From: a bacterium
Lineage (GTDB): Bacteria; Bacteroidota; Ignavibacteria; UBA10030
Direction of reading: 5' to 3'
DNA: 64,000 nt
Assembly: GCA_043803945.1 (NCBI GenBank)
Contig: JAZDJN010000040.1
Span: 1 to 64,000, forward strand
Below are positions 1-9,924 of this stretch, in pieces. Each line of letters begins with the position of its first letter. The first letter of the stretch is position 1. A model generated the notes under the pieces. That model was not told the origin of the DNA. It searched no databases and saw nothing but the letters and a program-made list of their open reading frames with translations. Made by a program: the position numbers and the translations under genes.

Positions 1-107
1 AGTCGTATAACTCGTGCTTTGGGATCGCCGAAGATGCCCGTGACTTCATCGCGTGCTGTGAATCCATTGAACTTGTAGCTGTCTCTAAGTCGTCTCTTTT
101 TGTGCAT
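1..107 (-). CDS. ISL3-family transposase, partial N-terminus
   Basis: Manual translation from ATG 107: MHKKRRLRDSYKFNGFTARDEVTGIFGDPKARVIR. The GIFGDPKAR pattern is typical of ISL3 transposase N-termini. Not in the ORF track. Confidence 0.8.
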   Translation of the reverse strand, partial: MHKKRRLRDSYKFNGFTARDEVTGIFGDPKARVIR

Positions 108-218
108 ACCAAAAGGTTGCACATTTTTTCATCATCAACAAATGTGTTTCACATAATAAAATCGGTCTCTTTTTCTCTTTTGGGACTCTTTTTTACCCAC
201 TCAAGAAGGAGAAGACCC
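1..218 (-). mobile_element. ISL3-family insertion sequence, one end, running off the window edge
   Basis: On the minus strand the element starts GGGTCTT at 218 (ISL3-type terminus), exactly where the S8 gene stops matching its paralog. A transposase N-terminus follows. Confidence 0.8.
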
Positions 219-1849
219 ATAAAACAATTGCTATCTATAACCGTTGCGACTGCGGGGTCTTCCAAAGGATCAAGTCGTAGTTTCGACCACACACTGTCAG
301 CCTGTCCCCACACATTCTTCACTGTCAACCATAATTGCACTGTCTCACCCGCATCTGGCCTTCCATCCCGGTCACAGCCAGCTAAGGTATCTACCAATGT
401 GTAACTGATGTACCGTAGGTCTGGCACTGGAGTCTGGTTCATCGTTGCATATATGTCTAATGTATTTCCCATTGCATTGATGAGGTTGCCAAGTAGAAGT
501 TCATGGGAAATAGATGGCTTTTGGTTCTTTAGAAGCGCTACTGCTCCTGAGACCATCGGTGCAGCCATAGAGGTGCCGGAGAGAATACCATACTGTCCAT
601 TGGGCAATGTACTGAATACAGAAACACCTGGCGCTTTCAACTCATAGTTGTATCCATAACTATTGGCATATGCAATTGGACCACTAGGATCATAGTTGGA
701 AAAAGAAGCCCGCCAACCATATTTTTCATCATAGGTTTGTTTCGTAGCTTCCACACCAATGACCCAGCCATAACAGGCGGGGAACATTGGTGCGGCAAAA
801 AGACCTTCGATTGGCTTGCCATCATTTCCCGCAGCTGCAACAAGAACCGCAGTCGAGTAAGCACTTTCCAACGCTGTCTTCAGAGTTAGAGATTCGGTGT
901 AGCTGCCCAAACTCAAGTTAATCAAGGTTGCTCCCCGTCTCCGTGCATAATCCACACCTTGGGCAACAACACTGGAGCTTCCATAACCTGTGCTTTGCAA
1001 CACCTTCACCGGTAAAATCTTGGCACCCCAACTCACTCCGGCTATGCCTATGCTGTTGTTCGTCTCTGCCGCAGCAATACCGGCTACGTGTGTACCGTGG
1101 CTGTTATCATCAGTGGGATTGTTATCGTTGTTAATAAAATCCCAACCTCGAATATCATCCACATATCCATTTCCGTCATCGTCAACACCTGCTATACCAT
1201 TGTATTCCGCCCAATTGATATTAATCTTTTCAACCAGGTCCGGATGATTCCAGTCCACCCCTGTATCTATGATTCCGATGATCTGGGTTGTGTCGCTCTT
1301 GGTCGAGTCCCAGGCCGCAGGCGCATTGATGACAGGCAAGTACCACTGTTGGCCATAGAGCGGATCGTTCGGTATTGTGTCCAACGCGCTGAAAATGTAA
1401 TCCGGCTCCGCATATATCACTCCCTCTTGCCGGGAGAGATCCTCAGCAACAACTTTTGCATCGTGCTTTGCGTCAAAATGAAAGCGAAAGATATTATACA
1501 AGCTTTTTGCTTCACGCTCTTCACCGGAAAAGCTCCGAACCTTTCCAAGCCTCTCTCCCCGTTTTGCCAGCGGAAAAAGTGACTCTCCTTTATCAATACT
1601 GTACTTTGTGAGCATCTCCTGGATTTTCGTGACTGCAATTTTGCCCAATCGCCCTTCTTTAGTGATCGACAGCTCTACATTTTCTTTAAACTTTACCAGC
1701 ACCACACTTTGTTCGTATTTTATTTCGTATGGATCCATACGAACAATTTTCTGTCCAATACTTGGTACAACAAATCCAAATAACACCAAAGCGATTGTGA
1801 ACATTTTAACGTTACACATTTTGAATACTCCTTGAGAAGCTCCACTCAC
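149..1849 (-). pseudogene. S8 subtilisin-like serine peptidase interrupted by ISL3
   Basis: Catalytic motifs IIDTG, HGTHVAG and GTSMAAP. Colinear with the upstream paralog up to DSNCFM, after which the tail is IS-derived. Confidence 0.85.
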
Positions 1850-4800
1850 TTGATCAGTAAGAGTTTCTTCGTCTGTGTAAATCTTTCCGACTCGAACCTA
1901 TAGAAATAAATACCGCTCGATATGACGCTGCCTTTCTCGTTTGTTCCATCCCACAGAACTTCATATCTGCCGGGAGCTTGTTCGCCAAGCTCAAATGTCT
2001 TCACACGTTGTCCCAGTATATTATAGATGATAATCTTCACCCTGGTTTTTTCCGGAATACCATATTGCAGCCGTGTGCTAAGGTTGAAGGGATTCGGATA
2101 GTTCTGTTGTAGCATATAACTATCTGGTATGAGGGATTCTCCGTTGTTATACACCTTCACCTTCATACTCTCACCAAACGAGGTCGCAATCACTGCACTG
2201 ATTATCTTCGCATCTTTGTCGTCTATTTTCAGGATTGGCTGATTGCCAAGTGCTATAACATTCCCGGACAGGCTATACATCATCACAATCAAAGTGTCTT
2301 TCCCGGTTCTGCCCGTTACAAACTCAAAGCATTCGATTGCTTTCAGTCTAGTTAAAACCTCTTCTGATTCTATCCCGGTAAGTGTCAACTGGATACCTCC
2401 AACTGGAACAGCCGACTCCAATGATACCTGACCTCGCTCTAATCGGATAATTGCCTGCTCTTCACTCATGGAAGAAGCAATACTCGTTGTTCCTCCGCCT
2501 CCGTGCAGAATGATGTTGATTGTGCCGACGATATCGAGCACGTTGATTACATTATCGTGATTAATATCTGCTGCCTCGAAGATAAACGGTTGAGGATTCT
2601 GATTGAGGATTTTGGATACAATAGAAATAATGTCTAGCACGTTTGTACTCAGATCACCGTTGGCATCTCCAGGGGCTGCCGTTAGTGCAATGGCATTCGT
2701 GACTCTTGAATAATCGCTCTCACTGAAGTCTGTGCGGACAATTTTGTACTTGTAGTAGTAGCGCGTTCCAGGAGTTACACTGAAATCGGTATACAGAGTA
2801 TCGGTGATAAGCTGTGTATTAAGAAGTTGTGGCTCTGTAAAGGTTGTATCGGTGAGATTCGTGAAGCGATACATATTGAAACCAAGCAGATCGGTAACGC
2901 CTGCATTGTTCCATTCGAGCTTGATCTTACCAAGTCCAGGATTTGCGGTAAACTCTGTAGATGATGTCCCGGCTGCATCGATGAGAAACTCAAAGCGTTG
3001 GTCTTCGATCGGGATTTCAAATCTTTCAGGATCTTTTGCTCCAGCAACTCGAACACGATTGATACCATCACCCGTATAGAGCTTTACGGTTTTATAAGAC
3101 GTCCAGACTTTCCCGTCGGATGACCATCTCCCAGAATCTGCCACGGCCTGCTGGGTGTAGGGTTCTCGGACACCAAATGATAATTGTGGTGTGTAACTCG
3201 TATCCATTGCACGATTGAAGAATACATCGAACCGATGAGCGCCGACACCGATTGGATCTAGAGTACTATCCTGTGGATCAATACCGTCGATTAATACCCT
3301 CCATACTAGGCCGTGAATATTTTCTGGTGGGGTATTTAGAATATTTTTCTTATCAAAGATGTATTTGAATGATGTTTCATCAAAATAGTCGATTAATATT
3401 TTGTCTTTCAAATCTGGACGAGAAGTACCTAAGTAATTTGGCGGTAACTCTACTACTGAAAACCCTGACGAATTCGAAATCGATATTTGAGCATTCATAC
3501 CTGGATTATTATATATGGCATTACCTGATATGAAATTAATATCTCCTATACTAGCAGCCGAAACAGAATAGACATTTCTAACAATTACATTGTTAGTCAA
3601 TGGCGCTTGGATCCCAAATAAAAAATAGTGTGCTGAATTATTTGTAAATACATTTTTATTGAAAGACACCCAACTATATTTAGCGAGAACGCCTTCATTG
3701 TATTGAAATAGACAGTTTTCAATTATAGCTTGCCCAGTAATCAATGAAGAACCATCATAGTTATATCCACTGCCATATTCAAAAGTTGTATAAGCAAAAT
3801 ATGCCTCACCGAGGCATGCAATAATTCTCCAAAGACCATAACCATTATTAGTTATAAAAACATGAGATGTCGGTGATCCAACTGAGTATAACTTCTTTAT
3901 GACAGTTATGCTTACACCATCTTGAATTCTTAGCATGCTTCCTGGATTCAAAATTAATGTATCACAAACAAGATTTGAGGGCACTACGTTTATGTATGAG
4001 CTATCAATTATTACGGTCCCTGGAATATATCCAGATATAGTTCTTGCATTGGTAACTTTAATAATAATGTTTTGGGTAATAGTATCGCTTGAACCACTAT
4101 TCCAAAGTTTTGCTATTAAAGATATTTCTCTATTATGAGGAAGGTTTGTATTTATTTTTAATCTTAAAGGATTAAACTCATTTGTTCTCTTTGCATAAGG
4201 GCTGATGCTTCCGATAAAAACAGTGGGATTCAGAATTTGTGCAACCGATGTATCTTCAAACTCACCAAGCCGCAATCCAACAAAGACACTGTCTGATTGC
4301 CCCCAAGTATTGCGTACCGTGAACCAAAGCTGAACTGTCTCACCGGCATCGACAAGTCCATTATTATTATCTCCTGCAAGTGTATCCACTATCTTGTTGG
4401 ATACAAACCAAAGGACAGGGTTTGCGTGAATGTTCATTGCATCCAAGAGATTTATATTGTTGGAACTGGTGTTGATCAGATTTCCCCACATTAGTTCTTG
4501 TGCTTGTCCCGGAAAAAGCTGCTGATACAAAGCAAGCACACCAGAAACGATGGGCGTCGACATTGAAGTCCCACTGTAAACTCGGTACCCACCGTTCGGC
4601 ACTGTGCTGATGATGTCGCTTCCCGTAGCTTTTATTTCATAGTTCAAAAGATCAGAATATCCGCTGTAGACAGGTCCATCTTGGTCATAATTTGTGAAAT
4701 CTGAAAGAAATGTCCCTTGTTTACCTCTTGACATTTGATTGATTGTTTGCTGCGTTGCTTGCACGCCAAGAACATATGATAGTGCCGCCGGGTAGAAAGG

Positions 4801-6024
4801 TGCGCTGTAAGGGCCTGGCCCTATTTTGATTCCATCATTTCCCGCCGCTGCTACTAGAACCGATGTTGCATAGGCATTCTGTAATGCGGCCTCCATCGTC
4901 GATGATCTCGCATAACTCCCAAAGCTCATATTAATTACTGTCACACCTTTGCTGGCTGCATAGATAATTCCCTGCGTTATGGTAGCCGCGTCACCTCTGC
5001 CCGAGCTTTGAAACACCTTTATTGGTAGGGTCTTTGCCTTCCAATTCACTCCAGCTATACCTATTCCGTTATTCGCCTCGGCCGCTGCAATCCCTGCCAC
5101 ATGTGTACCGTGACTGTTATCATCCGTCGGGTTATTGTCATTGTTGATGTAATCCCATCCATGTATATCATCAATAAGTCCATTGTGATCGTCATCCACT
5201 CCAGCCATTCCGTTCGCTTCTGACTGATTTATCCAAATCTTATTCTTCAAATCAGGATGCAACCAGTCTACTCCAGTGTCGAGAATAGCTATAATCTGTG
5301 TCGTATCGCCAGTGGTTAAGCTCCAGGCACTATCTGCTTTGATTGCAGGGATATACCATTGCTGGGAATAAAGAGGATCGTTGGGAATTGTCTGCGCCAG
5401 AGGCGCATCCGCCTTCCGCCACAAAGACGGCGGATAGATCGGCGGAGATTGACGATTTGGGATTGCCGATTTGAGATTTTCAATTGGTGATTTTGGATTT
5501 ACGATTGCCGAGTGGGAAGAAATTCGCTTAACATCGTCTTCAGTGAGAATGTTGGAGACGGGTTTATCTTCAACAATCGAGAAGATGTAATTGGGCTCAG
5601 CATATTCGACGTTTTGATCCTTCTTCAGTTCTTCAATTGCATCGAAGAGTTTGGTGCGGTCGATAATCTCAAGTTTGTAGATGTTATGCAGGCTTGGTTG
5701 TTCAAAGGTTTGGCCGGTGAAAGTTTTAAGAAGTTTTTTTTCTTTCAGAGGCTCTGCTGTTAGGAAGAGCTTCTCTGCTTTCTTCACCTGGTACTTCTGG
5801 AAAAGTGCATCAAGCGAGGCGATACCTACTTTTCCTAATCCGTTAATCTGAGCTGCCCGCGCAGGAACCGCATCTTTGAATTTCACCAATATCACTCCCG
5901 GCACAAAATCCCCTGCTTGTCGCACAGGATTAAGCTTGATAACTGAATCAGTTCGAACTGAAGTTTGAGGGAATGCGAGTTGCGAAATGAGAAATATCAA
6001 GAAAATGATAATTGACTTCTTCAT
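1846..6024 (-). CDS. Secreted multidomain S8 peptidase with FN3-like, dockerin-like and C-terminal sorting (T9SS/FlgD-type) domains
   Basis: Signal peptide; LDTG, HGTHVAG and GTSMSTP motifs; GDANGD..NVLDI duplicated dockerin motif; QNYPNPFN...KKLLLIK tail. Confidence 0.9.
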   Translation of the reverse strand: MKKSIIIFLIFLISQLAFPQTSVRTDSVIKLNPVRQAGDFVPGVILVKFKDAVPARAAQINGLGKVGIASLDALFQKYQVKKAEKLFLTAEPLKEKKLLKTFTGQTFEQPSLHNIYKLEIIDRTKLFDAIEELKKDQNVEYAEPNYIFSIVEDKPVSNILTEDDVKRISSHSAIVNPKSPIENLKSAIPNRQSPPIYPPSLWRKADAPLAQTIPNDPLYSQQWYIPAIKADSAWSLTTGDTTQIIAILDTGVDWLHPDLKNKIWINQSEANGMAGVDDDHNGLIDDIHGWDYINNDNNPTDDNSHGTHVAGIAAAEANNGIGIAGVNWKAKTLPIKVFQSSGRGDAATITQGIIYAASKGVTVINMSFGSYARSSTMEAALQNAYATSVLVAAAGNDGIKIGPGPYSAPFYPAALSYVLGVQATQQTINQMSRGKQGTFLSDFTNYDQDGPVYSGYSDLLNYEIKATGSDIISTVPNGGYRVYSGTSMSTPIVSGVLALYQQLFPGQAQELMWGNLINTSSNNINLLDAMNIHANPVLWFVSNKIVDTLAGDNNNGLVDAGETVQLWFTVRNTWGQSDSVFVGLRLGEFEDTSVAQILNPTVFIGSISPYAKRTNEFNPLRLKINTNLPHNREISLIAKLWNSGSSDTITQNIIIKVTNARTISGYIPGTVIIDSSYINVVPSNLVCDTLILNPGSMLRIQDGVSITVIKKLYSVGSPTSHVFITNNGYGLWRIIACLGEAYFAYTTFEYGSGYNYDGSSLITGQAIIENCLFQYNEGVLAKYSWVSFNKNVFTNNSAHYFLFGIQAPLTNNVIVRNVYSVSAASIGDINFISGNAIYNNPGMNAQISISNSSGFSVVELPPNYLGTSRPDLKDKILIDYFDETSFKYIFDKKNILNTPPENIHGLVWRVLIDGIDPQDSTLDPIGVGAHRFDVFFNRAMDTSYTPQLSFGVREPYTQQAVADSGRWSSDGKVWTSYKTVKLYTGDGINRVRVAGAKDPERFEIPIEDQRFEFLIDAAGTSSTEFTANPGLGKIKLEWNNAGVTDLLGFNMYRFTNLTDTTFTEPQLLNTQLITDTLYTDFSVTPGTRYYYKYKIVRTDFSESDYSRVTNAIALTAAPGDANGDLSTNVLDIISIVSKILNQNPQPFIFEAADINHDNVINVLDIVGTINIILHGGGGTTSIASSMSEEQAIIRLERGQVSLESAVPVGGIQLTLTGIESEEVLTRLKAIECFEFVTGRTGKDTLIVMMYSLSGNVIALGNQPILKIDDKDAKIISAVIATSFGESMKVKVYNNGESLIPDSYMLQQNYPNPFNLSTRLQYGIPEKTRVKIIIYNILGQRVKTFELGEQAPGRYEVLWDGTNEKGSVISSGIYFYRFESERFTQTKKLLLIK

Positions 6025-6056
6025 AATAAAATCTCCTTACAAAAAAAAGAAGAGAC

Positions 6057-6400
6057 CTAGAGAGCCAGATGAAAAGTCCACCACTGAGACACACCTGCCC
6101 GCCTGTTTAGATACTATGGTGGCAGGCGGGGAGTTCACTGAGGTTGATAAATGTTTATTATATCCTCAATATTTCAAAAAGATTATCTCTGTGTTCTCGG
6201 TGACTCAGTGGCAAAGTCACTTTTCGACCAGGTTCCTAGAAACTTGGACGAAAAGTCCAACCACAAAGGACACTAAGGATGCGAAGAATAAAAAGAAAAA
6301 GGAGTAATGGAAATTTAAATTAATTCAACAGTTTTTCCTTTATGTCCTTGGTGAACTTTGTGGTTTGATTATGTTCTTAACTTTTCGGCCAGGTTTCTAG
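6057..6400. mobile_element. Two tandem MITE-like elements sharing CTAG junctions
   Basis: CTAG at 6057, 6236 and 6397. Inverted ends of the second element, CTAGAAACTTGGACGAAAAGT / ACTTTTCGGCCAGGTTTCTAG, match 19/21. Both elements contain inverted nonamer repeats. Confidence 0.65.
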
Positions 6401-6413
6401 GCTCAGCGCAGTG

Positions 6414-7859
6414 TTACTTCGTCAGAATCATTTTATTAGTCCAGGTTACACTGCCAGAGGTGAAGCGGCAAAGATAGACTGCTGAACTGAGGAATTTATT
6501 CTCACTATTAAAGAGCAACGAGTACGTACCTGGCCTTTTTAATTCATGAACCAGCGCTGCTACTTCCCTTCCGAGAAGATCATAGATATTCAAGTTAACC
6601 CAGCCTTCTTTTTGAACCGTGTAAAGAATCCTTGTTGTTCCATTGAACGGATTCGGGTAGTTCTGCAGAAGTGCATTCCCTTCTGATTGCCGACTCTCTA
6701 TCGTTCCAGTTGTTGCGGTAAACGATGACTTAATGCCGTTCCAAATCTCCTGCCTTCCTCCGTCGTAACTCAGCGCCCAGATACCTATTCCACCGAGCGA
6801 GCGTGCATTCACAAGAGAGTATTTCATCGCAAGACTCAGGCTGTCATCGTACCAGACCTGGCGCCACACAGACCCGCTTTGATAACTAAACCAGGGAACC
6901 TTCGTCAACTGATCGAAGTTTTTTCCGTAAGTAGATGCCATCGTCTCGGCTACTGTATATGTTCGCGATGAGGCAGTGCTTGTAGCGGGTGATTTGCGTA
7001 CACTCGATTGCACCGGCCAATCGAAGCCGAACCAGGGAACACCGAGCAAGAGTTTTTGCGGTGGGACTCCATTCGCAAGGTACGTCTCAACTGTCCGGGT
7101 GACATTGTAATTCTCACCATCAAGGGGTGCCACAGGGCCTGCTGTTGCAGAACCGCTCCAGTAATAATCATACCCCATCACAATTAAATAATCACAGATC
7201 TGAGCCATCTGGGCAAAATCCCACGTGCCGGACCAATCGACAGCCGGCGTTGCCATCGAGATTTCGGCATTGGGTAATTGCGCTTTAATCTGCGTTGCAG
7301 CACGGCGCATAAACGAGACGAGATTGTTCCGTTGAGCATTCCGGACCGATTCGAGATCGAAGTTGACACTATCGCCATTCCGCGATTGCAGCAAGGAGAT
7401 TAACGTTGTGATCATCTTTTGCTGTTTCACTGTGTCGCTGAGAAGTTTATCGTTTTGGTCATAGCCAAAATTGGTAACGGTCAAGGTCACCTTCACTCCC
7501 CGCTCATGTGCATAGGCGATGATCGGCGTCGTTTCCCAGCTTCGAATGGTTTTATATCCTCCTGTTGCATCATCTGTTTCGTAGCTGAAGAGGGCTATAT
7601 GCGATAAGGCTTGATAGTCATAGGAGAGATACGCACTTGATGAAGCCCAGTACGGATGCCAACCGTAGACTATTTTTCTCACACTATTCGTTGCTGATCC
7701 TTTTAAGAGCAGCGGGCTTGCAGCGAATACTGTCTCAGGATGCTTTACTGTATCGCTTTGGTGAAGCTCATTCTCCAACTGATGGATGCTTTTACGGTCG
7801 AAATCCGATTGGGCAACCAAGATGATCGGGGTAAGAAGAAAGAAAAGTAAATACTTCAT
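6414..7859 (-). CDS. Glycoside hydrolase family 18 protein with C-terminal sorting domain
   Basis: GDSVNFDLE (DxxDxDxE-like), VMGYDY, LLLGVPWFG, WYDD and GIGIWAL motifs; NYPNPFN tail. Confidence 0.9.
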   Translation of the reverse strand: MKYLLFFLLTPIILVAQSDFDRKSIHQLENELHQSDTVKHPETVFAASPLLLKGSATNSVRKIVYGWHPYWASSSAYLSYDYQALSHIALFSYETDDATGGYKTIRSWETTPIIAYAHERGVKVTLTVTNFGYDQNDKLLSDTVKQQKMITTLISLLQSRNGDSVNFDLESVRNAQRNNLVSFMRRAATQIKAQLPNAEISMATPAVDWSGTWDFAQMAQICDYLIVMGYDYYWSGSATAGPVAPLDGENYNVTRTVETYLANGVPPQKLLLGVPWFGFDWPVQSSVRKSPATSTASSRTYTVAETMASTYGKNFDQLTKVPWFSYQSGSVWRQVWYDDSLSLAMKYSLVNARSLGGIGIWALSYDGGRQEIWNGIKSSFTATTGTIESRQSEGNALLQNYPNPFNGTTRILYTVQKEGWVNLNIYDLLGREVAALVHELKRPGTYSLLFNSENKFLSSAVYLCRFTSGSVTWTNKMILTK

Positions 7860-8281
7860 TTCTGCTTCTTACTTTCTTTGAGAAGGCGCCGGGTATTCTT
7901 GAGGTATTCCCGGCATACCGAGTCTTTACGGGCATTGTACGATTGTTGAAAGTACCGCTGCGCTTGTTGATAATTTCCCATCTCAAAGTACACGACTCCT
8001 AGATTAAAGCAGGCAAGATATTTTCGCTTCGAGGATGCCTTCTGGAATGAGCGAATAGCGCTCTTGAGGTTACCCTGTTGCGCAAGTTCAACTCCGCGTT
8101 GAAGTTGAGGAATTGAAGGATGCGTTTTCAAAACGTCCCAACGATGCTGTTCGGTTTCCATCTGGTGAATTCCGATCCGTGCACTGTCTCGTTCCTGTGA
8201 AAGAAGAGGTGAGGAAAAAATAATGAGATTAATAAAAATAATTACTGTGGTTTTCATAGGATCCCAAAAGAAATTTCTCAT
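7856..8281 (-). CDS. Small secreted TPR protein (start may be 8257)
   Basis: Signal peptide and TPR consensus FNLGVVYFEMGNYQQAQRYFQQS. Overlaps the GH18 start by 4 bp. Confidence 0.8.
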   Translation of the reverse strand: MRNFFWDPMKTTVIIFINLIIFSSPLLSQERDSARIGIHQMETEQHRWDVLKTHPSIPQLQRGVELAQQGNLKSAIRSFQKASSKRKYLACFNLGVVYFEMGNYQQAQRYFQQSYNARKDSVCREYLKNTRRLLKESKKQK

Positions 8282-8310
8282 TCAATATCCAAAGAAGAGC
8301 AGAGACAAGC

Positions 8311-8436
8311 AAGGGAATGAGGGAATATGGGAATGTTGTAATATAGGAATATGGGAATGAGAGATTGAGAGATTGATTCAATGATTCTGCGCCAGGCGCA
8401 TGCGCAAATGATCCAATGTTCCATTGATCCAATTGC
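8311..8436. repeat. Imperfect 8-bp tandem microrepeats with an embedded palindrome
   Basis: GGGAATGA/GGGAATAT, GAGATTGA and TCCAATG units; TGCGCCAGGCGCA palindrome near 8387. Confidence 0.7.
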
Positions 8437-8522
8437 AGAAGATGTCGGATATATGGTGGTCTTTCTCGATACACGAGGTAATCGTGTTGCCCTTCATTCA
8501 ATGAAATAATCTGTTCAGCGTG

Positions 8523-8563
8523 CGAAGCTCAAGGTGCGGGATAAATTTGCACCTCGAGCTTCG
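8523..8563. terminator. Long hairpin, possible terminator of the 8608-9864 gene
   Basis: CGAAGCTCAAGGTGC ... GCACCTCGAGCTTCG inverted repeat just past the stop codon. Confidence 0.45.
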
Positions 8564-8607
8564 TTCTTTTATACCCTGACGTTCTCCTATCTCGTTCTTG
8601 TCCTTGG

Positions 8608-9864
8608 CTAATGAACAAGCAGCATTTTCCGACTCAGAGTCTGCGAGGAAGTTACCAAACGATAGACATACACTCCACTGGGAAGATTTTCTGCATCGAA
8701 CACGACATTCCGTGTACCTGCTTCCACTATCTCGTCCAGGAATATTCGAATCTCTCTTCCTAACATATCATGGAGCGTAACCTTCACTCTCTCCTGTCTT
8801 GGAATTGTGAAGCAAATCGTTGTCGATGGATTAAATGCCTGCCTGCCGGCAAGGCAGGGATTGGGATAATTCTGTTGTAGGGTCGAGATGGTTGGATGCA
8901 TATATTGATTCAACACAATCGGTGTCGGCTTCTTCGCATCGTAGAGAAAAGCGACCGCCTCATACTTCGATTTCCACTCCATGATGAGCGATGTAAAATC
9001 GGTAAGTACAACGCTGCCTGCATTGCGTAATGCAGCCCACGGTTTGATAATCGAATCTTCTATGACGGCGAGACCGTTTGCTTGCGTAATCGTTGTTGGA
9101 GGAATGTGCATTGATGACGTGAGCATACGATCCGGAGACACGATACCTTTTGTGTACAATTCAACCAGGTCTGAAACTCCAGCGATATCTCCCTTGTATT
9201 GACCAACACAGGTAATATTTCCTGCTGGATCATCAACAAAATACAGGAAGCGGTTCTTGGGGCGCCATACTCCGCTGATGACGGGATCGTTCACGTGGTT
9301 GGGTGTTCCGCTTCCCATGAGAATATCGCCGCGCCAGCGCGCCCATGAATACTTTAATCCGGTCACCGGAACTCGAAATCGATCCCAATTCTGAAATTGA
9401 AGCAGAGAGGGGTCCCAGATATGTCCGCCGATAACGGTTGATCCTCCTACCCCTAACGAATCAAGCAGGTAAGCTACATCGGTGTAGTTGTAACCTCCAT
9501 TCTCATGGGAGTGCGGATCGATAACAACGTTCAGGTCCTCCTTTAAATACCGGAAAACGTTCTTGTTATTTGTGGTTTGCATCAGCACCGCGTCTTCATA
9601 CTGAAGTGCAGCCAGGAGAATTTTCCAGTCGGGCTGGAACGACCATCGCACGTTGTAAGACCTTGCCAGATTAGCAAGTGCAATGAGCCTCGATCGGAGC
9701 AACGTGTAATTCTGCCTCGATTCAGGTGAACCAAGTATTCCTATCGGGGTGTTATCTTCTATATGCGTAAAGAGCACGACATAGACTGGCGGTGATTGAC
9801 TTAAAAGAATCTCAGCAGCAATTGCTGAGATAAAGAGGATTGTATAGAAATAATTATCTGGCAT
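8608..9864 (-). CDS. Secreted protein of unknown function (possible deacetylase-like metal-binding fold) with C-terminal sorting domain
   Basis: THIED and DPHSH motifs; tail QNYPNP[CLAGRQA]FNPSTT...RKMLLVH. Confidence 0.8.
   Translation of the reverse strand: MPDNYFYTILFISAIAAEILLSQSPPVYVVLFTHIEDNTPIGILGSPESRQNYTLLRSRLIALANLARSYNVRWSFQPDWKILLAALQYEDAVLMQTTNNKNVFRYLKEDLNVVIDPHSHENGGYNYTDVAYLLDSLGVGGSTVIGGHIWDPSLLQFQNWDRFRVPVTGLKYSWARWRGDILMGSGTPNHVNDPVISGVWRPKNRFLYFVDDPAGNITCVGQYKGDIAGVSDLVELYTKGIVSPDRMLTSSMHIPPTTITQANGLAVIEDSIIKPWAALRNAGSVVLTDFTSLIMEWKSKYEAVAFLYDAKKPTPIVLNQYMHPTISTLQQNYPNPCLAGRQAFNPSTTICFTIPRQERVKVTLHDMLGREIRIFLDEIVEAGTRNVVFDAENLPSGVYVYRLVTSSQTLSRKMLLVH
8838..8858. repeat. 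21-bp palindrome CCTGCCTGCCGGCAAGGCAGG inserted in-frame in a CDS
   Basis: Removing it restores AAT CCA TTT and the NYPNPFNP consensus seen in the 56072-57712 protein. Confidence 0.9.
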
Positions 9865-9924
9865 CGATTAACTTTGAATAGTGACTGTTCTTCTCCTCCA
9901 TCTATTCCAGCGATGTCATGACCT

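Noticed and set aside
5987-6307. Small ORFs in repeat-rich gaps (also 8229-8501, 22974-23189 and 46168-46554)
   Set aside because: They are readings of MITE, microrepeat or attC DNA with no coding signature.
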